Below, piece after piece: positions 38,772-51,622 of a stretch of 64,000 nt of DNA (within the stretch, counting starts at the first letter, position 1; the number at the start of each line of letters is the position of its first letter). The DNA lies in the NCBI GenBank assembly GCA_023213395.1, contig CM041465.1, positions 67,339,741 through 67,403,740 of the forward strand. Reading direction: 5' to 3'. Origin of the DNA: Cycas panzhihuaensis (taxonomy: Eukaryota > Plantae > Cycadophyta). The position numbers were made by a program, and so were the translations under genes. Under the pieces are notes generated by a model that was not told where the DNA came from, did not search any database, and saw only the letters and a program-made list of their open reading frames with translations.

Positions 38772-39182
38772 TATGAAGGAATATAAACTAGTAGGAGAAC
38801 AGGTCAGAACATATATCAAATAACCATAAACTAGTATTGCATCAATACATCAATGTGTCACAATCACAATAGCATAAAGAGCATGAAAGCCTTGTTGTTC
38901 AATCCATTGTAGCAGTAATGAGCATTACAAATCTCCTCAAAGGTAGGTGGTGTCTAAAGACACCAGGGTTGTACACCCCATAATATAAATAGTTTTGGGG
39001 GAGGAAGGAAACTCCTCAACCCCTGAATTCAAATTAATAATAAAATAATACAAACTTAACTCAAATGAAACTAACTCAACTTACCTTAACTTACCTTGAC
39101 ATGTTGAGCATCACATGTCTAAATTGAGGTGCACAATCCTAGTAGGTAAGAGGGAGTTGAGTGATGACATTACACTCCAACA
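38616..39182 (-). repeat. Element C 5' LTR
   Basis: Same length as, and near-identical to, 33044-33610. Confidence 0.95.
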
Positions 39183-41584
39183 GGATCGACTGATGTAGAA
39201 TCATTTAATTTTGAGAGCTTAATTCCTATTTATACTGGAGTTGCCAATGATTTACAATCATTCATCCTAAACTTTTGTAATAGATCCAGGGTATATTTTT
39301 GTTGGGAGATGAAGATGCCATTCTTATCTTACCACACTTCCAAACCTAAGAAGTAATGTATTAGTCCAAAATCTATTATTTTAAACTCTTTATACATGGT
39401 TTCCTTAAAGTGTCACAACAAATGGGGGTCATTTCTAATATAGACAAGATCATCCACATAGAGTCCTATAATTAAGATAGAGTCTCTGTTGATTTGGATG
39501 TAGAGAATGGGGTCTGCTTGAGATCTTCCAAAGCCTTAATCTCTAGAGTATTTATCTATTCAGGAATACCAGGCCTTGGGTGCTTGTTTTAATCTATAAA
39601 GTGCCTTTTTAAGTTTGTACACTTTGTTTTCTACCTCACTGACTTCAAAACCTAGGGGTTGAATGGTATAAATATCCTCTTCAATATAACTATTAAGAAA
39701 GTCACTTTTAATATCCATTTGATAAACTTTCTATCATATTTGGGTGGCCAAATAAATCATTATCTGAACTATTTCCATCTGAACAATATGGGCAAATGTT
39801 TCATTGTAATCAATGCCTTCTTTTTGGGCATAACCCTTAACAACCAATCTAGCTTTGTATTTATCGATTGACTCATCTAAGTAAAACTTAATTTTATAGA
39901 TCCATTTGGTACCAATTACCTTTTTATTTAGAGGTAAATTAACCAATTCCAAAGTGTCATTTTTAATAATAGAATGGTATTCATCTTGTATTGCCTTTCT
40001 CTAATATGCATGTTCATTGGCCTCATCAAAAGTTTGAGGCTCATGGGAATCTGATACTTTGCTCATGAGAGTAAAATTTACCTTATGTGAGGGAGTGGAT
40101 CTTTGAGTGTTGTCTAATACGTTGCCTACATCATAATTTCGTTGAACCCATTTTGGAAGATTTTGTGGTGAAGGTTGAGAGGAGGTTCCCTCCCCACTAG
40201 GTTTATTGATAATTTGTCTAGAGTCAAACGTAAGAGCCACATACTTTGATTTGGTAGATTTATTAAAATTGATTACTACTTCTTTCTTATTTTCTTGAGT
40301 ATTTTAATAATAAGCATCTTCCTAAAATTTAACATCTCTACTCAACATGACCCTCTTTGACTTAAGATCATAAACTTTGTACAATTTGGAGGTTTTGATA
40401 TAGCCAAGAAATATACATTTGATACTGTGGTTAATCTAACTTGGATCTCCTTTAGTTAGGAACATGTGCATATGCTAAGCACCCAAAGACTCTTAGGTGA
40501 TGAATGTTTGGTTTACAGTCAGTCCAAGTTTCTTCAGGTGTTTTCCACCTTAAGCGTTTGGTGGAGCACTTATTAAGAAGATAGACAAATGTATGAACTA
40601 CTTCTATCCAAAATTCATAACCTAAGTTCTTATCCTTCAACATGTACCTTGTCATTTTGATAATTATGTGATTATTCCTTTTTACTATACCATTTTACTG
40701 TGGGGTGTAGGGATTGGTGATTTGCCTTCTAATTTTATGATATATACAATATATTTTAAATTCATTAGAGATAAATTCTATCATATTATCTGATCTTAAA
40801 GAAAGCATCTTGTACCCACTTTGTCACTCCATAAAGATTTTGAAGTTAACAAAGTATTGAAATGCATCTAATTTAAATTTAAAGAAGAATACCTATGTCT
40901 TCTTAGTGTAATCATAAATGAACATTGTTAGGAATATTAATGTTAGTTTTATATTCATGTTACTTTATGTTATCTTTTATATCACATGTGTAAATATAAA
41001 TTTAAGTGATATAAAGGTCTAATTTTATAAAGTTTATGTTAATACTTAATTATTATGCGAAGGTCATTGAAATACACAATTACCCATTTAAACAAACCTC
41101 TATTTCTATAAATAACCTCTCTTAGATTCTAGTAATACGTTCTGAGAATCTAGGAGGCTGTCAAAAGCCTGGTTTCAAAGGCTAGTTTATGTCTGTATGG
41201 TTTTAGGTTTCTTGTCAATTTTCTAAGTCAATAAAATATTAGATTAGTGAGGTGGTTTTTCTTCTCCATAAAGGGTTTTCTACCTGTCAAATACTGTGTA
41301 CGTGTGCAATGTTTCATTTTACCTGTGTATGTTAATTTCTTTAATCCTGTGACATAGTGCATGTTACCCATTATCACAAACATAATAAAGTAGCGAGATC
41401 TTACTAATGAGGGGACATCCATTAGACTGTATATATTTGTATATACTAACGAAACTGGATCAGTTGCCAGATAAGATGGTCATTTTCATTCTTTTCATTA
41501 AGGATAAACTATTATAGTTAAGATGGTCAAATCTCTTATGCCATAAGTCACTATCCACTTTAACTATAGTTCTTAAGGCATAGG
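39183..41584 (-). pseudogene. Element B integrase and RT (split by solo LTR D)
   Basis: LWHKRFDHLN, RYFIMFI|YDYT, WKTPEETWT..HLRVFGCLAYAHVP, IGTKWIYKIK, YKARLVVKGYAQKEGIDYNETF, LKKALYRLKQAPKAWY, LYVDDL. Confidence 0.92.
40926..41378 (+). mobile_element. Solo LTR D (453 bp) inserted in the integrase of B
   Basis: TGTTAGG...ATCACA, TSD AACAT (40921-40925 / 41379-41383), CTATAAATA near 41106; removal restores RYFIMFIYDYT. Confidence 0.92.
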
Positions 41585-41906
41585 TATAGGTTTCTTGCAA
41601 AGAATAAAGCAGAACAGTAAACCATAACAACTTAATCCTTATTGTAAAAGATGTGAAATATCATTTGTATTAATCCATATTACTCAAAGTATATGAAATG
41701 TTCCTTGAAGAGGTGATGTTAATGAACATTAGAGGAGATAACCCCATGGAATATATACTCTTGAGGGAGGAGAGAAACCTCCTTAGCCTTTAATTTAAAT
41801 TAATATTAAATAATAGTCAACATTAAATACACTTACCTAACTTACCTTTGAGGCTTGTCTATTGCATACTCTAATGTGGGGTCATGTGATGAGCATTAAC
41901 CCAACA

Positions 41907-42618
41907 TTCTCCCCCTAAATGGTCATCACATACATCTTTATCTTATCTTTGAACTTGTGATATTTAAACTTAAGAATAATTTTGAATACGTGTCCTTTAG
42001 CTTTATTATCATTTGTGAAGTGATTATCAACTTACCTTGTCATCCTTTTAATAATATGTGTCTCTTTAGTATTATATGGTTCAAAAAATCTCCAAATAAG
42101 TGTAAAGTACTTCAAATGGGGATGAGTGGCTGCAGCTTTAACTTTATTTTTTAGAATCTTTACTTTATGAGTAGTTATCATATCATAAGGTTTCTCCCTT
42201 TCAAATAAAAGATCTTCATGTGCAGTAATGTGATAATTCATTTGACTTGAGTCTTCTTCATTAGTATTTTCAACACCATAAACCTACTCTAACATCTGTC
42301 TCACATTTATAATAATAACATAGTCAAACTCATTCACATTGAGGATTTCACCCCCATAAATAGATGCTAAGGTATCCCATACAGATTTGGATGTGGTCAT
42401 TTCATAAACATAAAAAAATACATTATCATCTATGGTGCAAAATAATATGGCTAAGGTCTCATTGTCCTTCTTTAGATCTCCTTTAATATTTTGTTCATAT
42501 CTTTGACATATTTCTAAAGATCATATATAATAAAGTATGTTTGCATTATTTTGCTCCATCCTTAGAAATCATTACCATAGAATATAAGAAATCTTATCTT
42601 ATTTAAATTCATTGCCAT
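41907..42618 (-). pseudogene. Element E mini-ORF, homologous to that of C (decayed)
   Basis: KDNETLAILFCTIDDNVFFYVYEMTTSKSVWDTLASIYGGE...KYHKFKDKIKMYVMTI. Confidence 0.85.
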
Positions 42619-42838
42619 TGAAAAAGGACTTTAGTACATAATTGAAAAAGTATAATTTTCAAATAAGAAGATAAATCCTTAAATGAGCACTTATGATTTT
42701 TAATGCACTTTTGATAAATGAAGTAAATGATAAAGATATTCCTTCTAAATGATCCAAAAAGAATGCAAGCTAATGTGTTTTAAAAAATAATAAATCAATG
42801 ATGAAAATAAATTATCAATGATGTAGTTTTGCTTAGGG

Positions 42839-42844
<6 letters not shown>

Positions 42845-42910
<66 letters not shown>
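42845..42910. repeat. (TA)n microsatellite
   Basis: Uninterrupted AT run. Confidence 0.98.
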
Positions 42911-42912
<2 letters not shown>

Positions 42913-45900
42913 AAAAGAAAAAACTTAAAAGAAGAGCAATATCCACTAAGCAAGATTGAATAAATGATATAATAAACATTTGAATAAAATATTCAAGCAA
43001 TAACTTCTTTGACAAACCAAAAAAGAAATGTAATGCCTTTGAAATTGAAATGATCTTTTGAAAGTAAAGTGCACAAACAACTATATACAACCTTTACAAG
43101 AGGAATAACGAATCAATAAAGCTTCTAACAAGTGAAATTTGTATGCATATAATGGTCAAGAAGTGAGTTGTAATTATGTTTGTGCTATTCACTTTTTTAA
43201 AAAATATGCCTTTTGAATGAATAAGAAAGCTAATTAACTAATCAACTTAGGATGTATGAATATGATTATAGATATTCTTGAAATAAGATAAACAAATAAG
43301 AAAAAAGTCCTTTGTAGGTTTATAAACGAACTAGGTAGAATCTTTCATGCAAAGTAAATAAGACATTTTAGGTATACAAATTTGAAATAAAATCCTCTAG
43401 ATGATGGAAAAAATAGAGAAGATTGATAAAATTATTTTATATAAGCTTTGAATTTCAAACAAATAAAGAATAACTTGAGTAAAGAAATGACCCCTTTTTC
43501 AATACAAAATGAGTAATTATTCTTTTGAAATTGATAAAAATAAGAAGTTGAAATACAAATTTGCTTTTAATAATAAAAATGCTTGAAAGAAGGTAACTTT
43601 CTTATTAAAAATAAATAACTAATTCTTCAAATAAATAATATTGATGAAATGCACCTTCCTTTTCCTATTTTAATATGATGAAGAAATAATAAGCATGTAT
43701 ATGTCTCTTCTGAATACTTTTAGCAAATATAAATTCAAATTGTATTCAATACAATGAAGTATTTAAATAAATCTTAAAGTTTTCCAATAGGGATAAGTGG
43801 CTCAAGCAAGTCAATTGAAAATAAAATGAATTCCTTTTCAAATATATGAAAGATAATTTACTATATTTTTTACCACAAGTAAAGATGTATAAGACAATAG
43901 TTCTAAAATATATATTTTTCTTTAAAAATATAAAAAATATTAAGAAAAGCTTCCACTAAGAGAGTTCAAAATAAACAAATGTACCTGTTTTGATATGTAA
44001 GTCCACTTAGCTTGTTGATCACTTTAGGTGTATGAAATCTATCTTCTGTTGCAAGTCACCTTAAGAAAACTATACAAGAACCAAATAAAATCTTCAAAAA
44101 TATATAATGAATAATTAATAAAGTAAATATAACTTGGTTGAAATAAAAACTCCTTAAAGAGTTAAGGAAATAAGCATGTTAGGGTAAAACTGGATGCTCA
44201 AGTTTACTAGCTCCAAAGTCTTTCTAAACAATATCAGATTAAATGAAACTATACTAGATTGAAGTATATTAAAATATCTCTCCAACAAATTTGATCGTTT
44301 TGAAAATAAGCTCCTACAACTCAAGATATTAATGATAAAGTTAAATGACCCATTTTTGGGGCTTAACTAAAGCTAGGGAGCTCAAAAAGTTACAAAATAC
44401 TAACAAAAACTTTATGAAATAATGTAAAAAAGATTAAATAAAAATTAGAAGCTTCTTAATATGCCTTAAGTCGATTAAACTTTAGAAATAATGTCTTAAA
44501 AAATATGAAATAATGAAGAACTAGGAGAACTTGAGTACCTTCACTTTATTAGCTTTGAACATCTACAAAACGACTTCAAAACATGCAAAGAAATATATCA
44601 GTACAAGGAGAAATGAGTTAACTTTCCAATAAAACTACCAGATTTGAAATCTGATGTCAAACGGAAGAGTTGTGCCAAAAATAGTGAGGGGTCCTTTTTA
44701 AATTTAATAAATCAAAGGCTAAAAAAAAAGGTTGACTTTAGATCATTGAAAAATATGTCAAATCTGATCCAAAAATAGCAAGTAACTAGTCTACATTATA
44801 ACCCTCAAAACTTTAATTGCAATGGAATAAGTTTCATCAGAAACAGGTGCTCCAGCAAGAAGATATAGCAAAAAAAGCCAGGTACCCTTTATATAAAAAA
44901 TAATTTTAAAAAATAAAAGTAAATTTTGATAAACTTAAATTAGCCTCTTTAAAAAAATAATCTAAAGGTCACATGAACATGGCGGGACTAGGGGCTAGTG
45001 CCTTGAGGGGGCTTAAGCCTTATAAAAAAGATTTGAAATAGTATAAAATCTAATTAAATTTATTTAACCTTTTACAAAGTAATATTAATCAAATTAAAAA
45101 AGGTGAATAGCGTTGAAACATTGAATGATAAGGCAACTACACAGGAAGAAAATTATCGAATAAAGATGTGAATCTGATTAGAAAATGATTGATTCACATC
45201 GATCTTAGATGTAAAGGAGGGGAACGATGAATCCTCTAGACGGACTAAGACAGAGGGTGTCAAAAAATGATTGAAATGTTAGAGCAATTAAGAAATGAAT
45301 AACATCGAATGGTAAATAGCGATCTGCGTAGGTGGCTTTTTAGTATAACCAGAGGAGAAAACATTCACAGATCAATTAATTCAGAGATGCAAGGAGGGGC
45401 AGTTGATCTACCAACCGGATTAGGTCTAAACGATCAAAGAAAAATCAATTTAAATTTATGTATTATATGAGAAAACACAGAGAACAACCACAGCGGTGCA
45501 CGACGAATAGAGAGGATGGTGAATATAATAATGCTAAATAGGGGCTAAAGAACATTGATTAATCTCAGATTTGAGCTGAGATAAGTAGACAAGAGGCACT
45601 TGAGGGGAGTAGACTCAAATACACAAAAAAAATTCAAAAATATTGACAAAAAATAAAGGAGTATAGTGAAAACCTTCAAACGGGAGCCAGGATCTTTCTT
45701 TATAAGCTACAAAATGAGACAAATTTTGACAGGCAGTAAGGTATCCTAGGTAATAAGGGGCTCATAAAGTTTCACAATGAATTTATACTTTTATACTGAG
45801 AACAGGTGTGCAGACCAAAAAGAAGCTAAACAAAGTGACTGTCAAACAAACTAAAAGAACTCACAGTATAACTAACGACAACACAAACAATTTCTTGCAC

Positions 45901-46470
45901 TAGCTCGCTAGTTTAGCAAGGAACACAATGAGTAGTCATATGCTTATGTTTTGAACACTGGATTTGATGCACAGGCCTATCGAATCAAGGCTATATAGTC
46001 ACCCAAAACTAAATGTGAGATAAAAATTATGAATTAAAAATATGAACTGAAATAATTTTAGAATATATAAAGTTAAACTTTAATATATTGAAACCAAATG
46101 AACATAGTCAAAGATGAGATGTGAGATATCCAAGAAATAATGTGACACTCTGATACCAAATATAGGTTTCTTACGAAGAGCTGAGTATAGAAGTAAACCA
46201 TAACAACTTAATCCATATTGTAAAAGATGTAAAATATCATTTGTATTAATCCATATTGCTCAAAGTATATGAAATATTCCTTGAACGAGTGTTGTTGATG
46301 AACACCGTGGGAGATAATCATATGAAATATATACTTTTGAGGAAGGAGAGAAACCTCCTTAACCTTCAATTCAAATTAGTATTAAATTAAATACACTTAC
46401 CTAACTTACCTTTGAGGCTTGTGCATTGCATACTCCAATGTTGGGTTATGTGATGAGCATTAACCTAGTA

Positions 46471-47985
46471 ATAGGTATCTAAAAGAGTAAGAATAAGTTT
46501 AAATAGTCTATATTTGGTTATTTTACCTTTTCCTACTATAGCCTTATTTCTCCTTTTGTCCTTTATTGTACACTCATTATTGTCAAATATAACCTTGTAA
46601 TCTTGTCCCATTATCTGCCCTATTAATAATAAGTTTGTCTTTAAGGAAGGAATATATAAGATATCATCAAGATGTTTATACTCTTATATATCTATCATGA
46701 GGGCTATGTTACCTCTACCAATATATTCATGGGATGTATCATCTCCAAACATTATTGATCCTTTTGTCTAAGATATAAAATAGATATTACTTGTGAGTCA
46801 TGTAGGTTGAGTAACTCAAGTCAATATACCAACTATCATCATCTTCTTCCTTAGTAGTAAAATATAATAAGAATAGTCTATTATTATCCCTTGTTTCTAT
46901 AGTAGTATGTACACTCCCTTTAATAGGTAGTCCATATTTAGAGAAATACTATCTTCCATGTGATTACTATAATGACAATAGGAGCAATATACAAATTCTC
47001 TTTTTCTATAACTTAGACTTCTACTTCTTGGCTGAGTTCTATCAATGTGGGAAGGTCTTCCCCTTTTCTCATAATGTGGAGCTAGATTTTCCCTTTGTCT
47101 ATTGTCATAGTAATCTTGATTTGATCATGTGGCTTGAATATTTCCTTGGAAATTAGGGTAATATCAGTATCCCTTAGATTATTTTTCCTAATTTAGATAC
47201 CTAGGAGGATTCATATTTCATTGATTTCCTTCTTGTCTCCTTTGATATGGAGCTTTGTACTTATGTAGATCTTGTCTCAAATCCCTTGTAGGATTTCTAT
47301 CCCTTCTCTTGGGAGGTGATTCTATAGATTTTAAAGTACCCTCTTGAGAGTGAGATTGAATCCTAGCCTTAGTAGTAAAGGCATGCTCAAGTGAATCATT
47401 CACATTATATTGCTATTCAATTGATATTAACATGGCACTTAGTTGCTCCACTTTTAGTGTACTTAGATCTTTTAACATCTATATTCTTATCGTAACCATT
47501 TCAAATCTTTTGACAATACCTCTACACCTTAATATTCTTTCCACTACTTGTTCTTCCATCAATGTGTCTCTAAGTGACCTCATTTGGTTGACTATATCTT
47601 GAACTTTAGTCATGAACTCTGTTACTAATTCAGTGGATATCATTCATAAATTTTTAAATCTACTCTTAAGGTTTTAGAGCTTAGATGATGTAACTCTTTC
47701 ATAGATTAGCTGGAGAGTATCCCATACTTCCTTTGATTTAGTTGACTCACTAACTGGTGGAAAAATATGATCTTCTAATACATAAAATATAAGTGCAAGT
47801 GTTTCATTATCCTTTTTAACATTTTTCTTATAAGTTGGCCTTTTAGTATCAATGGAATTTTTTCCTAACTTATTATATTATATTTTCACAATCTCCCACA
47901 TATCGTTAATAATTAATATAGGTCTCATCCTCCTACTCTAGTTTAGAAAATTATTACCATCAAACTTGGGAATTATCATGTTTAT
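46471..47985 (-). pseudogene. Element B gag and protease
   Basis: IPKFDGNNF near 47980, KSKEVWDTLQ, VVEKNI, zinc-knuckle remnant ~46960-47000, IMFGDD. Confidence 0.8.
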
Positions 47986-48752
47986 AAAACTAGATGTTAT
48001 CGTTTAGCCAAGGTTTTTACAAACGATAAATAAAGTGAGGTTTACAAAGGTTTGAGTTTGAAATTTAAACTAAGAGATAATATCCAAAGTTTTGCCTAAT
48101 GTTTTCAAAGTGTCATAGTCCCTAATAAGACTTCCAAGCTCTAAGTTTAAGGGTCTCTAAGGGAAACCTTCAATTGTTATTCCATCTAATGGCACCTACC
48201 TATAAGTGGTAAAATAGGAACCTGATATACTAGTATGTGAGCTCAAGGCTCGATATACCTCAGTACGTAGGTTGCTATAAAGGTTGTTATATCCCCTAAG
48301 TTGTTATTTCACCTGCGCCAGACTTATACCTAGTGATAGATCTAGAAGTGAAGTTTGAACTATCTAAGGAACTCACCCTCTTTAAGTCTAGTCTTAGTCT
48401 TTGAACACCGATAAATGGTTGGATCTCCACCTTAACCTGCCACCTGATACACCTTATAACCAATGAATTTCCTCATCCAATATGAATAGGCCAATTGGTA
48501 TATGTATGCTAGTAACTTCAGGGGTCCTAATCATTCCCTTTGCAAGGCTAGAAAAAAAGTGTGGTTGATTTTAGAGTTATCTTTCTTAATGTGAGAATAT
48601 ATTTTAATTTGAATGTGGTCTTTCTTAGCTTTTATAAGATTCTTTTTATGTAGAAATAAAAATAACTCAAAAATAAATCCTTTAAGCAATACAAAATATG
48701 AAGATTAAACTTTTATGAAATGGAAATATGATTCAAACTTACTTCAAATGAA

Positions 48753-48858
48753 AATGTGATACTAACTTTCTTCAAATTATAATAAAGTAAGTAAACAAAT
48801 CAATGAATGTGATACTAAGTTTCCTCAAATTATAATAAAGTAAGTAATCGAATCAATG
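48753..48858. repeat. 53-bp tandem duplication in the leader of B
   Basis: AATGTGATACTAA..TCAAATTATAATAAAGTAAGTAA..AATCAATG x2. Confidence 0.9.
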
Positions 48859-50225
48859 ATGCTTTTCTATTTCAAATGAACTAAGGAACATAAACTGGTA
48901 TGCAAACTAGTACTTTTAAATTGATATATTTTATGGGAAATACAAGAAGTTATATGCTCCTTTTGAATACAATATAATAAGAAACCTTTAATGCTTTATA
49001 TGCCAACTAGATTTTAGAATATTAAATTAAACTTTTGAGACAAATAAATAATCAATGAAATTTATAACTTTTAAGTTGAGAAAAAGAACTAAAGCCTTTG
49101 ATAAAGAATAAGATGATTTCTTATCTAATATACAAGACAAAGCTATTTGATTTTGAATGTGAAGGTGCTCATTTATAAGATCAAGAATAACTATATAAAA
49201 CTTACAATTTATAAATAGAATCTATGCTCAAAGTGATTAAAAATTCTAAGAATATGTATGTATTCATTTAATAATACAATAAATGAAAGAGAATTAATGT
49301 ATATAGTACCCGTTTGACATTTTTGCAGTACTTAGGTTACTTGAAGCTTATAGTTCTAAAACTGATGTTAGTTAGCTACAAAATAGCTTAGGGTATATAC
49401 AAAAACCTATTAATAACTCTAAAAATTGATTAGCAATAAACAATACTCAAATATAATCATTTGAAATAAGAAAATGCTAAAACAATATTATTAAACAAAC
49501 ATGTTTAGGGCTGAACTAGAATCTTAACTTGATTAGCTTCAGAAACCTACAAAATGATGTCAAAATATAATAAAACTGATACCAACATGAAGTGCTATGA
49601 AATAGCTTTATGATGAATCTTACAGTTTAAAAATCAGAGTTGAAATAACTAAGTAATTATAAAAAAAGGTGAGTAGGCCTCTTTATGGCTAATAGAATAA
49701 TTACTAGAAAAAATGTGTCACTTTGATCAATTAAAACTTAGCTAAAATGAGTTCAAATTTGATAAGTGATAATACCACACTAAGGATCTCTAAAATATGA
49801 TTCTACTGAGACAAGTTTCACTGAAAATAATACTCTAAGGATAAGTTATAATATTAAATATGATAAGTGCTCTCTGGCAAAAAATATAAAGAAAAACTTA
49901 ATAAAATAAATTAGCCCCTTTTGATAAACAGGCAGCACAGTCACGTGGAGTTGTTTTAAACTAAAAACTAGATATCTATGAGGGTTATAGACCTCTAAAA
50001 CTCAACAGATGTTTGCTAGCTCTTGAAGAAAGATAAAGTCTAAAAAAATATCTTGAAAAATAGAAAAAGATTCCTCTTAATAGACTTGAAAAAGAGGTCA
50101 TGTGCAATTGAAGTTGGGGACTAATACCCTTAAACCCACTTGGATTTTAAATAGAGTTGACAACAACTGAATTTTTAATAACTTTAATAAACCTTATAAG
50201 ATAGATCAAATGTGATTTAATAAAC

Positions 50226-50363
<138 letters not shown>

Positions 50364-51264
50364 TTTACAAAGTTGTGACGGCCATGTGACCTCCGCCGAG
50401 ATGTAAAGATAAATTTTGATCCAAGTAAACACAAAAAAATGATCTGGAAGCTTCAGAGTTGAAGATCAATGAGTTGCACAATTAATAAAAGATTTAGATT
50501 GATTAAACTCAATGAAACACACAGACAACATGGTGTAATAAAGCACGTCTATGTGAGATGTTGAAAGCCAGATGGAGGTTCAATGATGGAATTGAGGCCA
50601 AATATGAGTAGGATAATCACTAAATAGTGATCAAATCTCTTCACACTTGCTCATTGAAGAGGGACGCCTAAATATATAGTCTCAAATCATAAATAAAAAA
50701 TTTAAAATTTATTTCTTATAAGTGAGAAAGCAAGAGAAAAATGAGGAAAAACCTGTACTTAGATGTTTAAGTAATTCAAACTTCTCACTTGGTATATGGA
50801 TTTTCACAAGATTTTAGATGTAGCTAGGTTCACCTGATAGCTAGACTCTAGCAAAATTTCATAAAGAATGATTGCCTGTAGACCTAAAACGAAGTTGCAG
50901 AATAAAATGAGCAAAAAATGGATATATGGTGACTCCATGTGAGATTTCTCTCAGTGCAAGAAATAAAAATCAGTGAGATTTCTTCCAATAGCTAGATGAA
51001 TCAATTGTGAATAGAATGAGTAGTCATATGCAATAGTTCTAAGCAACGTGGGAGGCACACTCACTGGTTTTAAAACAACTATCAATGGTTCCAAAAATAA
51101 AGAAATGGAAAACGAACAGAATAAAATGAAATATTAATAAATATGAATGATTTTCTTTATAGTTTAATAAACTTTGATAAATAATATCAACCTCATACCA
51201 AAATAACCATGATGAAGTGTCGTGAGATTCCCTGTGTCCTCTGAACACTCACTTTGTTACCAAA

Positions 51265-51622
51265 TGTTAGAAGTGAGGTGTAAAGCGAGAGATTACATTA
51301 GCGAGTGCATATTTTCAAAGTGAAAATTAAACTTCTAAATAATATATTGGCAATGTTAAAAAAACACTATGGAGGTATTTCCATCCCATTTATATACAAG
51401 TTTAGGGAGGCGGTAAGTACCTCAACCTAACACAATCTAAATTTAAAATAATATTAAAAATATTAAATAATAATTAAATGCATACCTCAAAGTAGATGCA
51501 TCAGCACCTTTGGTGACTGGTGAAAGTTGCTAGGTGGCTTGAGGTCTCCTAGGGAGGCCCAAGGTGGCTTTGAGGGGCCCTAGGTGCACATTAGTATAGG
51601 AACATTAGGTATTATGCCAACA
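51265..51622 (-). repeat. Element B 5' LTR (~358 bp)
   Basis: TGTTAGAAG...TATGCCAACA, followed by TSD TGATG. Confidence 0.93.

Larger units (their letters stand above)
33044..39182 (-). mobile_element. Element C: comparatively young non-autonomous Copia-derived LTR element with a tandem PBS array
   Basis: 567-bp LTRs at 33044-33610 and 38616-39182 (~18 mismatches by hand count), TSD GGATC (33039-33043 / 39183-39187), PPT AGGGGGAGAA (33611-33620); no PR/IN/RT motifs seen. Confidence 0.96.
41585..46470 (-). mobile_element. Element E: non-autonomous Copia-derived LTR element, same architecture as C but with a single PBS
   Basis: LTRs at 41585-41906 and 46161-46470, TSD ATAGG (41580-41584 / 46471-46475), PBS ACTCTGATACCA at 46147-46158, PPT at 41907-41916. 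Confidence 0.94.

Noticed and set aside
45931-45945. 18S rRNA gene fragment
   Set aside because: Only 15 nt match, with no extension on either side; kept only as a low-interest motif.
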